From an uncultured Actinomycetes bacterium (GTDB lineage: Bacteria; Actinomycetota; UBA4738; HRBIN12), in assembly GCA_963704725.1 (NCBI GenBank), contig OY969934.1, positions 1,504,001 to 1,568,000 on the forward strand: a stretch of DNA of 64,000 nt, in the 5' to 3' direction. Below are positions 1 to 13,209 of this stretch, piece after piece (the first letter of the stretch is position 1; each line of letters opens with the position of its first letter). The notes below the pieces were generated by a model. It ran no database searches. It had not been told where the DNA came from and worked only from the letters and a program-made list of their open reading frames with translations. The translations under genes were made by a program, and so were the position numbers.

Positions 1-353
1 TCTCGGTTTCCTTCTACGACGGGTTCGATTGGCGACTGCTGCCGCGGATGTCGGATCCGTGGTGGGACGAGTCGCGCGCGCTCGTCGTCCTCAGCGGCGC
101 CAACGCCGGCTACTTCCTCCGGCTCCACGGGAGGGTCGTGTTCCTCTGGGGGGACTTCGGCTCGACCTGTTGCGCGAGAGACCCGGTCACGCGCCCTTCG
201 GCGAACGTCCTCAGCGTTACCTTCGACCCTTGCTCGTACGCGTACGGAGAGGAGCTCGACATGGCGATGGGCAGGAGCTTCTGGCGCCCCCGCCGTGTCG
301 GAGCCGTGGACGAGACCGAGGCCGTGCGCTATGCGCACCCTGAATGTGACTGA
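1..353 (+). CDS. Hypothetical protein, 5'-truncated by the window edge
   Basis: The frame of ORF 48..353 is open back to position 3 (SVSFYDGFDWRLLPRMSDPWW...), so the start probably lies upstream of the window. No family recognised. Confidence 0.5.
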   Translation, partial: SVSFYDGFDWRLLPRMSDPWWDESRALVVLSGANAGYFLRLHGRVVFLWGDFGSTCCARDPVTRPSANVLSVTFDPCSYAYGEELDMAMGRSFWRPRRVGAVDETEAVRYAHPECD

Positions 354-410
354 TTCGAACCGGCCGTGCTCGGGTGTGGCGGCGCCGAACTACAGCACGG
401 AGCTCATCTC

Positions 411-1331
411 TCAGCCGACGAACGCATCGATTCGTCGGCGCACGACGGGATCGTCCGCCATGGATGGCAAGATCCGAGTTCGTTGGGCCTGCGCCCGCAG
501 TTGCCGCTCGAAGAGGCCGCTCAACTCCTCGTCCGAGGCCTTCAGCAGCGTGGCCGACAAGCGGGCCGCCCACTCGAGGAGCTCGAACGCGATGTCTTTG
601 TTGAGTGTGTGGAAACGAACACCCTGCGCCTCGAGGAGTCGCATGCCCTCGACATGCGTCGCGAGTAGGACGTCCGGCCCGGCCGAGGGTACGACCTGCG
701 CGAGTGCGGATTGGCGGTCGTCGAGAGCGGCGTTGCCTCCGAAGCCCGTCGTTGCGAAGACGCCCCGGTGATCGACGACGAACGACCGCACGGTCACACT
801 GACAGACGGCCATAGCCGGAGGAGTCGTGCGCGAAGGACCTGCGCGACGACTCCGTCCCCCGGCCTGAACAAGATCGAGGTCATCGCGCCGACCCCGTCG
901 AGTCCCCTCATCAGCGGCAGGAACCCCTGTCCTTCGAACCACACCGTAGCGGTCTCAACCCCGCGGGACAGCCTGGCGGGCGTCAGCCGATAGCCGTTCT
1001 CGATCCGGCGCCGGAGCTGCGCGCGGAGGCCGAACGCGTTGAGCTTCCTTCGACCCCACGGCGTGACGACAACGAGGAACGCCAGGGAGAGGAACAAGAG
1101 GAAGCCGGCGAAGACGGCACCGGCAAGCCGGGCCACCCCAACCGGGAGGAACAGGCACGCCACCCCCGAGACGGCCAGCATCAGGAGCCGGCTCCGGAAC
1201 GGGAGCGTCCTCATCCAGCCTGCCCAGACGGCTACGGTGAGGCCAAACGCAAGGATGAACCAGACCATCGCCAGGACGCCGGAGAGGCTGTTCAGGTCCT
1301 GGAAGAGGAACCTCGCCTGCTCGGACTCCAT
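411..1331 (-). CDS. Hypothetical membrane protein (about 3 N-terminal TM segments, soluble C-terminal domain)
   Basis: ORF 411..1352. Likely ATG at 1331 (MESEQARF) after GAGGG. Hydrophobic runs VLAMVWFILAFGLTVAVWAGW, LLMLAVSGVACLFLPVG and AVFAGFLLFLSLAFLVVV. Confidence 0.65.
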   Translation of the reverse strand: MESEQARFLFQDLNSLSGVLAMVWFILAFGLTVAVWAGWMRTLPFRSRLLMLAVSGVACLFLPVGVARLAGAVFAGFLLFLSLAFLVVVTPWGRRKLNAFGLRAQLRRRIENGYRLTPARLSRGVETATVWFEGQGFLPLMRGLDGVGAMTSILFRPGDGVVAQVLRARLLRLWPSVSVTVRSFVVDHRGVFATTGFGGNAALDDRQSALAQVVPSAGPDVLLATHVEGMRLLEAQGVRFHTLNKDIAFELLEWAARLSATLLKASDEELSGLFERQLRAQAQRTRILPSMADDPVVRRRIDAFVG

Positions 1332-1473
1332 CGGTGCCCTCGCGCCCCTCACATGTACTCCGGCCCCGTCCGGCGAGGCCTACCCTGCCCATCGGTCGAA
1401 CGACGCAGATCCCTGAGTTCTCCGGGGAAACGAGGGAGTGGTTCCCAATGGGACGGTTGGTTCTTGTCCGCCT

Positions 1474-1576
1474 CTGACCTGCGGAAGCGCGCCGGGGAGG
1501 GATCGAACCTCCGACCCGCTGCTTAGAAGGCAGCCGCTCTATCCACTGAGCTACCGGCGCTCGCTGACCTGCGGAA
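1474..1576. repeat. 13-bp direct repeat CTGACCTGCGGAA on both sides of tRNA-Arg (1474-1486 and 1564-1576)
   Basis: Exact 13-mer read directly on both flanks of the tRNA. Confidence 0.9.
1488..1560 (-). tRNA. tRNA-Arg (TCT)
   Basis: Reverse complement GCGCCGGTAGCTCAGTGGATAGAGCGGCTGCCTTCTAAGCAGCGGGTCGGAGGTTCGATCCCTCCCCGGCGCG folds as a cloverleaf. Anticodon TCT, GTTCGA T-loop, no encoded CCA. Confidence 0.96.
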
Positions 1577-1714
1577 CCGCGCTCTTCGGCGATTGCATGC
1601 CGCATGGAGATTGTAAGCACATCAGACCTGACAACTGAGGTAACGAGCATGCAGGGTCGTAGACGACCTGTTCGCCCGGTGGAGACCGGCGACCGCGAAC
1701 AACCCCGTCAGACG

Positions 1715-2722
1715 CTAGCCCTGACGCTTGTAGCGACTCGCTCGGTATTCATCGACCCAGTTGCGTGTGCTCCGCCACTGGCCTCGCTCGTCTCGTTGCG
1801 CTCGCAGGCGTCCGCGCTCGGCCGCCGCGCGGAGGGCACGGGCCGTGATCTCACGATCGGCGAGCGCGGCGAGCGGCACGAGTCTCGCCGGTCCCGCAAC
1901 GGCGGGCACGATGAAGCGCATGAGCGTGTCGATGATCGCCCGAGCGATGAACTCGCCGAGCGGACCGGGATCCCCCGCGTCGGCTCGCCGAAGTGCCGTC
2001 AGGTATCGGGTCCGTTCCGCCTTGCGGATGATCGCGGGCGGGTACCCGAGCCGTATCAAGAGGAGGTTCGTCACGAGGCGGCCCGTCCTGCCGTTGCCAT
2101 CTAGGAACGGATGGATCCGCTCGAACTCCGCGTGGATGGCAGCGAGGGCCTCGGGGAAGGGCCCCTCGGCTTCGCGAAGGGCCGACGCTCGGGCGACCCA
2201 GTCGGTCGTTAGCGCTTGGACCTCGGGCCAGTCCGGGGGCCGCATGCCGCCGGGGAAGGGGTGGATGTTGTGCTGTCGGAGCGAGCCCGGCCCTTCGTTC
2301 GGGGCGGCGTCCGGGTGTGGCGCGACCTCCCACACCTTCGATATCGCAAGCGTGTGGACGTGTCGAACTTCGGTCAGCGAGATGAGGTCGCCGGTCGTCC
2401 AGTCGCCCGGGGACAGGCCCTGCTGGTACACCCATTGGGCCGCGTCCGCGTACCCCCGGACCTCCAGGTACTCGGCGAGCTGCTTGTCACCGATCGCCCT
2501 GCCCTCGCGCAGCAGGATCTCGACCTCTCGGAGGACGAGCGTGTTGCCCTCGATCGCCGTCGAGTTGTGGGCCTCCTGGAACCAGATGTCCCCCCAGATG
2601 TCCTCCGCCTCGACGGGGGAGGGGAGGCCGCCGAGGCGGCTTCGCAGCTCCTGGACACCCTCGGTGAGCTGCGCGTAGATCGCCTCTCGGCTCCGGCGGC
2701 CTCCGCGGCGCTCGACAGCCAT
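1715..2722 (-). CDS. Fic family protein (AMPylase-type) with N-terminal inhibitory motif and probable C-terminal helix-turn-helix
   Basis: Canonical Fic motif HPFLDGNGRTGR. STAIEGN matches the (S/T)xxxE(G/N) inhibitory helix. The C-terminus LVPLAALA...ARALRAAAERGRLRAQRDERGQWRST resembles an excisionase-like HTH. ATG at 2722 lies 6 nt after TACCCT. Confidence 0.9.
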   Translation of the reverse strand: MAVERRGGRRSREAIYAQLTEGVQELRSRLGGLPSPVEAEDIWGDIWFQEAHNSTAIEGNTLVLREVEILLREGRAIGDKQLAEYLEVRGYADAAQWVYQQGLSPGDWTTGDLISLTEVRHVHTLAISKVWEVAPHPDAAPNEGPGSLRQHNIHPFPGGMRPPDWPEVQALTTDWVARASALREAEGPFPEALAAIHAEFERIHPFLDGNGRTGRLVTNLLLIRLGYPPAIIRKAERTRYLTALRRADAGDPGPLGEFIARAIIDTLMRFIVPAVAGPARLVPLAALADREITARALRAAAERGRLRAQRDERGQWRSTRNWVDEYRASRYKRQG

Positions 2723-2743
2723 GGAGCCAGGGTAGCGCAGATG

Positions 2744-2838
2744 TTGTGTCGCTGTCGGCGAACAAACGAGCACGACACAAAGTAGCTGCCGCGGAGGTTT
2801 GTGTCGTGGGGGCCCCAGAAGAATCGGCACGACACAAA
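2744..2838. promoter_or_regulatory. Four alternating-orientation CACGACACAAA boxes upstream of the Fic gene (candidate operator)
   Basis: TTGTGTCG 2744-2751, CACGACACAAA 2771-2781, TTTGTGTCGTG 2798-2808, CACGACACAAA 2828-2838. The repeats are seen directly; the operator role is inferred. Confidence 0.6.
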
Positions 2839-3048
2839 CCGCCGGTCCGTGTGAGAGGCGACCAGCCCCCTGCGAGCACCTGTCACGCTTTGCTCTTGCG
2901 CGTGATCGGACGGCGCGAGGCTCACCTGTTGTCGTCGACGCGCTATTCGGCCACTCGCATCACCTGGCCCAGTTCGACGGCCACCCGGGTCGAGAGCGCG
3001 TATGACACGACCTGTGAGCGCTGCCGCGCCTGCAGGTACATGAGCATT

Positions 3049-3064
3049 CCGAACACGGGTTTGG
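3049..3064. promoter_or_regulatory. Candidate LexA/SOS box
   Basis: CCGAAC-ACGG-GTTTGG versus the Gram-positive/actinobacterial core CGAAC-N4-GTTCG (one mismatch), in an intergenic position. Confidence 0.4.
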
Positions 3065-3124
3065 AGATCGATTCGACGGGGGATGCTGGTCTTTCTGTCC
3101 GTGTCCGGACGGTAGGAGTTCGAG

Positions 3125-3355
3125 ATGACCGCTTCAGTCGAGGGGCGCCTGCGGTCGACAACTCTCGAAAGACGTGGGGGTCGAAGGCGTGACCGGATGG
3201 TGAAGCTGCTCATCGGGTGGGCGGTGGTCTCCGTACCCGTCGGGGTGCTCGTCGGAACGGCCATCCGACTCCGCGAGCGCTCTCCGGAGACCCGGATCTC
3301 CAGGCAGGACCGGGACATCGAGCCCGACGAGGCTCCCCGCCGGGCCGCGAGCTAG
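3125..3355 (+). CDS. Small single-pass membrane protein (hypothetical)
   Basis: AGGAG upstream of ATG 3125. Hydrophobic segment LLIGWAVVSVPVGVLVGTAI. An alternative start (MVKLLIG) is possible. Confidence 0.5.
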   Translation: MTASVEGRLRSTTLERRGGRRRDRMVKLLIGWAVVSVPVGVLVGTAIRLRERSPETRISRQDRDIEPDEAPRRAAS

Positions 3356-3419
3356 GCACCACACGATCGCCAGATCATCCCGAGCCGGCCGGGGCGGTCG
3401 CGCCGGTATCGTCGACCAC

Positions 3420-4106
3420 ATGTTCCGCCGTGCTCTCTCCTTCGTCGCCGCCCTGACGGTCGCAGCCGGCCTGGCCGCCTGTGCGCAGAGCCAGCCGGAC
3501 CCTCCGGCCGGCGCCCGCAGGATCACGATCCGAACGCCGGACGGCGAGCGGCTCGTCGCGGTCGAGCTCGGGGGAGGCGATCGGGTCGCGGTGCTGTCCC
3601 ACGGGGCGACGGGGACGAAGGAGGACTTCTACGGCCTCGCCTCGGCGTTCGCCGACGCCGGCTGGCTCGCGATCGCCTACGACGCGCGCGGCGTGGGCGA
3701 CTCCACGGGGGCACGCGGCGAGAGCCGCGACGTGGACCTTCGGGCGGTGGTCGAGTGGGCCCGGTCGGAGGGTGCGGTCTCGATCGTCCTGGTCGGCGGC
3801 TCGCTCGGGGCCTCGCTCTCGGTCGCGATGGCGGCCGAGCTCGAGGCCGACGCCGTGGTCAGCCTGTCGGCGCCGGCCGATGCGTTCGGGGCGCTGGCCG
3901 CGGCGGGGGATCTGCGCGACCGGATCCCGGTGTTCGTCGCCGCGGCGAAGGACAACCAGCCCTACGCCGACGATGCCCGGGCCATCGCCGACGCACTCGG
4001 CGTCGAGCCGACGATCGTCACCGGCCGGGGCCACGGCACGGGGATGTTTCTCGACCACCCCGATCTCGTGGACACCGTCGTCGAGTTCGCGACCTCGAGC
4101 GTGTGA
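3420..4106 (+). CDS. Alpha/beta hydrolase lipoprotein
   Basis: Signal peptide with lipobox LAAC. SHG oxyanion region, YDARG, nucleophile elbow GGSLG, C-terminal GHG. Confidence 0.85.
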   Translation: MFRRALSFVAALTVAAGLAACAQSQPDPPAGARRITIRTPDGERLVAVELGGGDRVAVLSHGATGTKEDFYGLASAFADAGWLAIAYDARGVGDSTGARGESRDVDLRAVVEWARSEGAVSIVLVGGSLGASLSVAMAAELEADAVVSLSAPADAFGALAAAGDLRDRIPVFVAAAKDNQPYADDARAIADALGVEPTIVTGRGHGTGMFLDHPDLVDTVVEFATSSV

Positions 4107-4112
4107 CGGCTC

Positions 4113-4490
4113 TCACGCGGCCCGCAGGACCAGGAAGCCGGTGACCCGCATCGCGCGCAGGAGGGGCCGGATCAGGGGCGGCGCGATCGCCGCCCGGACG
4201 TCGGTCACGATGCGCGGATCCTCGAGCGCGACCACGAGTCCCCGGGTCTCCACCTCGCACCGACCGGCGGCCATGACGTTGTGGACCCAGTCGCGATCGA
4301 CCCCGTACGTGAGCGCGATCACGTAGCGCTCACCCGATCGGAAGAGGTTGACCGGTGTTCGGTACCGGCGCCCGCTCCGCCGGCCGACGTGCCGCACGAC
4401 GGCGAAGCCCGGCAGATGGCCGGCGAACCTGCGGGACACGGCGTTGGTGCCTCGGCGGTTGAACCTGGCGAGCCATCCGGGGAGTGGCAT
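4113..4490 (-). CDS. Nitroreductase family deazaflavin (F420)-dependent oxidoreductase
   Basis: HVGRRSGRRYRTPV and YGVDRDWVHNVMAAG motifs typical of DDN-like proteins. Confidence 0.85.
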   Translation of the reverse strand: MPLPGWLARFNRRGTNAVSRRFAGHLPGFAVVRHVGRRSGRRYRTPVNLFRSGERYVIALTYGVDRDWVHNVMAAGRCEVETRGLVVALEDPRIVTDVRAAIAPPLIRPLLRAMRVTGFLVLRAA

Positions 4491-4529
4491 CTCAGGCGGG
4501 ACTACCCGTTCGGGCGACCGGGCACGCGA

Positions 4530-5174
4530 TCAACCCTGCAGGATCTGACGCTTCTGGGCCTCGAACTCCTCGTCGGTGAGCACGCCCTGCTCCTTCAGCT
4601 TGGCCAAGCGCTCGAGCCGGGCCAGCCGCTCGTCCACGACGTCGTCCTCGGCGGGTGGCGCCGGAGGAGGCGGCGGCGCAGCGCCGCCCTGCTGGGCCGC
4701 GAGCGCGTCCGGATCGATGCCGAGCATCCGGAGCTTGGCCTTCTGCTCCTCGGAGATCTGGGACAGATCCCGGCCGGACAGGTTCACCACCATCGGACCG
4801 CCCGCTCCGCCCGCGGGTGTCCCGGTGGGCGCTCCCTCGCCCCGCATCATCGCCGCGAGGTTCTCCGCGCTCTGGCGGGACCGGTCCCCGGACGACTGAA
4901 CCTCGTCCCACTCGATGTCGACGCGCTGCGGGTCGGCCCGGTCCACGGTCACGGGCAGGACCATGCCCGGCATCGGCCAGCGGTCGCGGTGCACGAGCCC
5001 GTGGTGCGCGACGGCCGTGGGCGGGACGCCCTCTGCCTGCACGACGAACTGGATCGTGCACATCTGGAGCACGCCGCGGCCTCGGTTCATCGACGCGGAG
5101 ACCACCTGGGCGGTCCCTCGGACCGGGTCGCGCATGCCCCCGGCGCCGCCCTTGAGCAGATCCTTCAACCCCAT
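4530..5174 (-). CDS. SHOCT domain-containing protein
   Basis: C-terminal LERLAKLKEQGVLTDEEFEAQKRQIL is a SHOCT signature. Start at MGLKDLLKG (5174). Confidence 0.8.
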   Translation of the reverse strand: MGLKDLLKGGAGGMRDPVRGTAQVVSASMNRGRGVLQMCTIQFVVQAEGVPPTAVAHHGLVHRDRWPMPGMVLPVTVDRADPQRVDIEWDEVQSSGDRSRQSAENLAAMMRGEGAPTGTPAGGAGGPMVVNLSGRDLSQISEEQKAKLRMLGIDPDALAAQQGGAAPPPPPAPPAEDDVVDERLARLERLAKLKEQGVLTDEEFEAQKRQILQG

Positions 5175-5247
5175 CGCGGCGCGGAGCGTACCGTGCCGCG
5201 GGGGCCGATGGGTGGGGCGGAGGCACGGCGGTAGCGGGCGGAAGCGC

Positions 5248-5679
5248 CTACAGGGCCGGCGTGCCGAGGATCTTGCGGGTCCGCCGGGCCATGCCCTCGA
5301 GCAGCTTGAGCCCGAGATCCGGCTCCTCACGCAGGAGCCGGCGGAAGGCGGTGCGCTCGATCCGGATGGTCACGAGGGGTGTCGCGGCGATCACGGTGGC
5401 CACCCGCTCGCCCCCGTCCAGGAGCGCGAGCTCGCCGAAGAAGTCGCCCGGCCCGAGCTCGGCCTCGCCCCGGGCGGTCACGATCTTGCCCTTCACGACC
5501 TTGGCCCGCCCCTCCACGATCACGTAGAAGGCCCGTCCCGGGTCGTCCTTCTTCACGATGACCCGGCCGGCGTTGTAGGCGGTCTGCTCGGCGAGGGCGG
5601 CGACCCGCCCGAGCTGGGTGCGCGACAGCCCCGCGAACAGGGGGACCTGCGACAGGAGCTGGATCTCGGGGCGCGGCAC
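5248..5679 (-). CDS. Stand-alone cyclic nucleotide-binding domain protein
   Basis: LSQVPLFAGL, FYVIVEG and the phosphate-binding cassette GDFFGELALLDGGERVATV. No HTH (143 aa). Confidence 0.88.
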   Translation of the reverse strand: MPRPEIQLLSQVPLFAGLSRTQLGRVAALAEQTAYNAGRVIVKKDDPGRAFYVIVEGRAKVVKGKIVTARGEAELGPGDFFGELALLDGGERVATVIAATPLVTIRIERTAFRRLLREEPDLGLKLLEGMARRTRKILGTPAL

Positions 5680-5810
5680 GCGGGTATTTCACCAGCCGGC
5701 GGCCGACCTGACAGCCGCGCGTGCCTGGGCTGCTGGGGGGTACGGTGTAGTGCAGCGCGGCGGAGAGGGCGCCGCGGCTTCTGCACGCTCGAAGGGGGAT
5801 CGGCATCGCG

Positions 5811-7813
5811 ATGACCGAGGAACGTCCGCGCGTCGCCCAGCGGCGCGGCACCTCCGCGGCCGACGGGGCCCGCGTCGTCGTCGAGGGGCTGTGGCCCGAG
5901 ATCGACGCCGGCAGGTTCCCCATCAAGCGGATCCCCGGCGAGACGGTCTCCGTCGAGGCCGACGTGTTCGGCGACGGGCACGACCTGGTCGCGGCTGCGC
6001 TGCGCTACCGGCTCGCCGGCGAACGCGAATGGCGGGAGACGCGGATGGAGCCGCTCGGCAACGACCGGTTCCGAGGGCGCTTCTCGGTCGAGGCTCTCGG
6101 CGAGTACCGGTACTCCGTGTCGGGGTGGATCGACCGCTTCGAGACCTGGCGTCGAGACCTGCGCACGAAGGTGGACGCCCGTCGCGACGTCGCGGGCGAG
6201 CTGCTGGTCGGCGCCGAGCTCGCGGCGGCCGCGGCCCGGCGGGCGTCCGGTCGCGAGCGCGATCTGCTCAAGGACGCCTCGCGGGCGCTCGCCGGGGACG
6301 ACGCCGCCCGGGCCCTCGAGGTCGCGCTCGACGAGAAGCTCCGCGAGCTGATGTCGGCCTATCCCGACCGGCGGCAGCAGGGCGCCTTCCCTCGGGAGCT
6401 ACGCGTCGTGGTCGACCCGCCGCGGGCGCGGTTCGGGGCGTGGTACGAGCTGTTCCCCCGCTCGACCTCGACCGAGCCGGGGCGGCACGGGACGTTCGAC
6501 GACGTGATCGCGCGACTGTCCTACGTGGAGGAGCTGGGGTTCGACGTCCTGTACCTGCCGCCGATCCATCCGATCGGCCACGCGCGGAGGAAGGGCCCGA
6601 ACAACGCCCCGTCGAGGAGCCGCGACGACCCCGGGAGCCCGTGGGCGATCGGCGCGGCCGAGGGCGGGCACACCGCGGTCCACCCGGACCTCGGGACGAT
6701 CGAGGACTTCGAACGGCTGGTCGCGGCGGCCGGGCGCCGGGGGATCGACGTGGCGATCGACGTGGCGTTCCAGTGCACGCCCGAGCACCCGTGGGTCCGC
6801 GAGCACCCCGAGTGGTTCCGCCACCGGCCCGACGGCGAGATCATGCATGCCGAGAACCCACCGAAGGTCTACGAGGACATCTACCCGCTCGACTTCGAGA
6901 CGAAGGACCGGCGGGGCCTGTGGGACGCCCTCCGAGACGTCGTGCGGTTCTGGTGCGATCGGGGCGTGCGCGTCTTCCGCGTCGACAACCCGCACACGAA
7001 GCCGTTCGCGTTCTGGGAGTGGCTGATCGCCGAGATCAAGGCCGAGCACCCCGACACGATCTTCCTGGCCGAGGCGTTCACGCGGCCGAAGGTGATGTAC
7101 CGGCTCGCCAAGCTCGGGTTCACGCAGTCCTACACGTACTTCACGTGGCGCAACAGCAAGCACGAGCTCACCGAGTACGTCACCGAGCTCACGCGGACCG
7201 GCGCGGTCGAGTTCTTCAGGCCGAGCTTCTGGCCGAACACGCCCGACATCCTGCACGCGTTCCTGCAGGCGGGCCCCCGGAGCGCGTTCGAGATCCGGCT
7301 GATCCTGGCCGCGACCCTCTCGTCCATCTACGGGATCTACGGCCCGGAGTTCGAGCTGATGGAGCACACGCCGCGCGAGCCCGGATCGGAGGAGTACCGG
7401 GGCTCGGAGAAGTACGAGATCCGGCGCTGGGACCTCGAGCGGCGGGACAGCCTGGCCCCGATGATCGGCATGGTGAACCGGATCCGGCGCGAGAACCCCG
7501 CGCTGCAGGACAACCGGAGCCTGCGCTTCCACGGCGTCGGGAACGATCAGCTCATCGCGTACAGCAAGTCGACCGAGGACCGCTCGAACGTGATCCTGAG
7601 CATCGTGAACCTCGACCCGCGCTCCGCGCAGTCGGGGTGGACGTCCCTGGACCTGGGTGAGCTCGGCGTTCCGGGCGACGAGCCGTTCGAGGTCGAGGAC
7701 CTGCTCACGGGGGCGGTCTACGTGTGGTCCGGCCCCGGCAACTTTGTCCAGCTCGATCCGGTGGATGCGGTGGCCCACGTGCTCAGGGTCCGGCCGGCGG
7801 GAGGACCCGCGGC

Positions 7814-7817
<4 letters not shown>
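5811..7817 (+). CDS. glgE: Alpha-1,4-glucan:maltose-1-phosphate maltosyltransferase GlgE
   Basis: WYELFPRS, YLPPIHPIG, AENPPKVYEDIYP, FRVDNPHTKP, LAEAFTRP and NTPDIL motifs. Confidence 0.96.
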
Positions 7818-11142
<3,325 letters not shown>

Positions 11143-11146
<4 letters not shown>

Positions 11147-13209
11147 GGGGGCCGAGCCGGGCGCTGCTCGAGCTGGCCCGGGCGCACGGCGTGCAGCCGA
11201 CCTTCCGCGACACGACCGGCCGCCGGCGCACGGCCGACGTGGAGGCGCTCATCGCGGTGCTCGACGCGCTGGGCGAGCCGCTCTCGAGCCCGGAGGAGGC
11301 CGCGAAGGCCCACGGGCGTCGCCGGGCGGACCGGCAGGGCCGTCTGGTCGAGCCGGTGCTCGTAGCGTGGGACGGGCGCCGCCGGGGCGTCGACGTCCGG
11401 CTCCCTCCCCGCCCCCCCGCCACCCTCCGCGCGCGGCTCGAGCTCGAGGGCGGGCAGGAGCGGGCGTGGACGGTGCGGACCGACGACGTCCTCGGCGCCG
11501 GCGGGGTGGCCACGCTCCGGCTCGGCGGCGAGCTGCCGATCGGCCGCCACGAGCTGCTCGTCGAGGCCGGCCGTCGCAGGGGCGCCGCGACGATCCTGTC
11601 GGCCCCCCGCCGGGTCCGGGCGGCCGACGGCCCGCCGGACTGGGGGGTGTTCCTCCCGCTCCACTCGCTCGTCACCGAGCGCGGGTGGGGGATCGGAGAC
11701 CTCACCGGCCTGGCCGAGCTCGGCGAGCTCGTCCGAGGGCTGGGCGGCGGTCTCGTGGCGACGCTGCCGCTGCTGGCCGGGTTCGCCGGCGAGGCGAGCC
11801 CCTATCGCCCGGTGAGCCGGCTGTTCTGGAACGAGGTGTACGTCGACGTGGAGGCGGCTCCGGGCGTCGAGCGCTCGGCCGCCGTGCGACGGCTGCTCCG
11901 CTCGGCGGGGTTCGAGCGGGAGCTCGCGGCGCTGCGGTCGGGCGACCTGGTCGATCACGGGCGGGCTCTGGCCCTGAAGCGGGCCGCCCTCGAGCGCCTC
12001 GCGGTCTCCCCCGGCGTCGAGGGGGTCCCGGGGTTCCGCCGGTTCCGTCGTGACCGGCCCGAGCTCGAGACGTACGCCCGGTTCCGAGCCGCCGGCGAGC
12101 GGTTCGGCCAGGACCCGCGGGCCTGGCCCGCCCGGGCGCGGGGCGGCGCCGTGCGGCCCTCGGACGTGGATCCGGGCGCGGTGGCCTACCACCGGTTCGC
12201 GCAGTGGGTCACCGAGGAGCAGCTCGCGGAGGTGGGTCGCCGGGCCGGTGACCTGTACCTCGACATGCCGCTCGGCGTGCATCCCGACGGCTTCGACGTG
12301 TGGCGCTACCCGGACGTGTTCGCGCCGGGGGTCTCGGTGGGCGCGCCGCCGGACGACTTCTTCCCCGGCGGGCAGGCCTGGGGCGTCCCGCCGCTGCACC
12401 CGGAGCGAGTTCGGCTGGACGGGTACGGGTACCCCATGGCCTGCTTCCGTCACGCCTTCCGACACGCCGGCGTGGCGCGTCTGGACCACGCGATCGGCCT
12501 GCACCGCCAGTACTGGGTGCCGAACGGCATGCCCGCGGACCGGGGGGTCTTCGTTCGCTACCCGGCCGAGGAGTGGTACGCGGCCATCTCGCTCGAGGCG
12601 CACCGCACCGGGACCCTCGTCGTGGGCGAGGACCTCGGCACGGTCCCGCTCGAGATCCGCACGACCATGGACCGGCATCGCTTCCTGCGCTGCTACGTCC
12701 TCGAGCTCGAGACGCTGCCGGAGCGCACCCCGCCGGTGCCGAACCCTTCGGCCCGATCGCTGGCCACGCTGAACACGCACGACCTCCCCACCTTCGCGGC
12801 GTACTGGCGGGGGACGGACATCTCGGAGCGGCTCGAGGACGGGTTCCTCGCACCCGGGCAGGTCGGCGAGGAGGAGCGGCGGCGCGCGGCGATGCGATCG
12901 GACGTGGTTCGGGCTCTCGTCCGGGCAGGGGCGCTCGACCCCGCGCGGGTGGACGACGAGCGAGCGGTGCTCTCGGCGAGCCTGGCCTGGCTCGCGGCGT
13001 CGCAGGCCCGCTTGGTGGTCGTCAACCTGGAGGACCTGTGGGGCGAGCTCCGGCAGCAGAACGTGCCGGGGACCACCGACCGGCCGAACTTCCGGCACCG
13101 CGCCGCCCGATCGCTCGAGGACCTTCGCTCGTCCCGCGACGTGCTCGCGATCCTGCGGCGGGTCGAGGCCGCCCGCCGCGGCGCACTCATGGAAGGTGAT
13201 GCGGCATGA
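11143..13209 (+). CDS. malQ: 4-alpha-glucanotransferase (GH77)
   Basis: WGIGDL, SPYRPVSRLF, GAPPDDF, RLDHAIGL, VGEDLG, THDLPT and QNVPGT motifs. GTGA overlap with treS. Confidence 0.92.

Noticed and set aside
2744-2838. Repeat array as a mini-CRISPR
   Set aside because: The repeats are only 11 bp, alternate in orientation, have spacers under 20 bp, and no cas gene is in the window.
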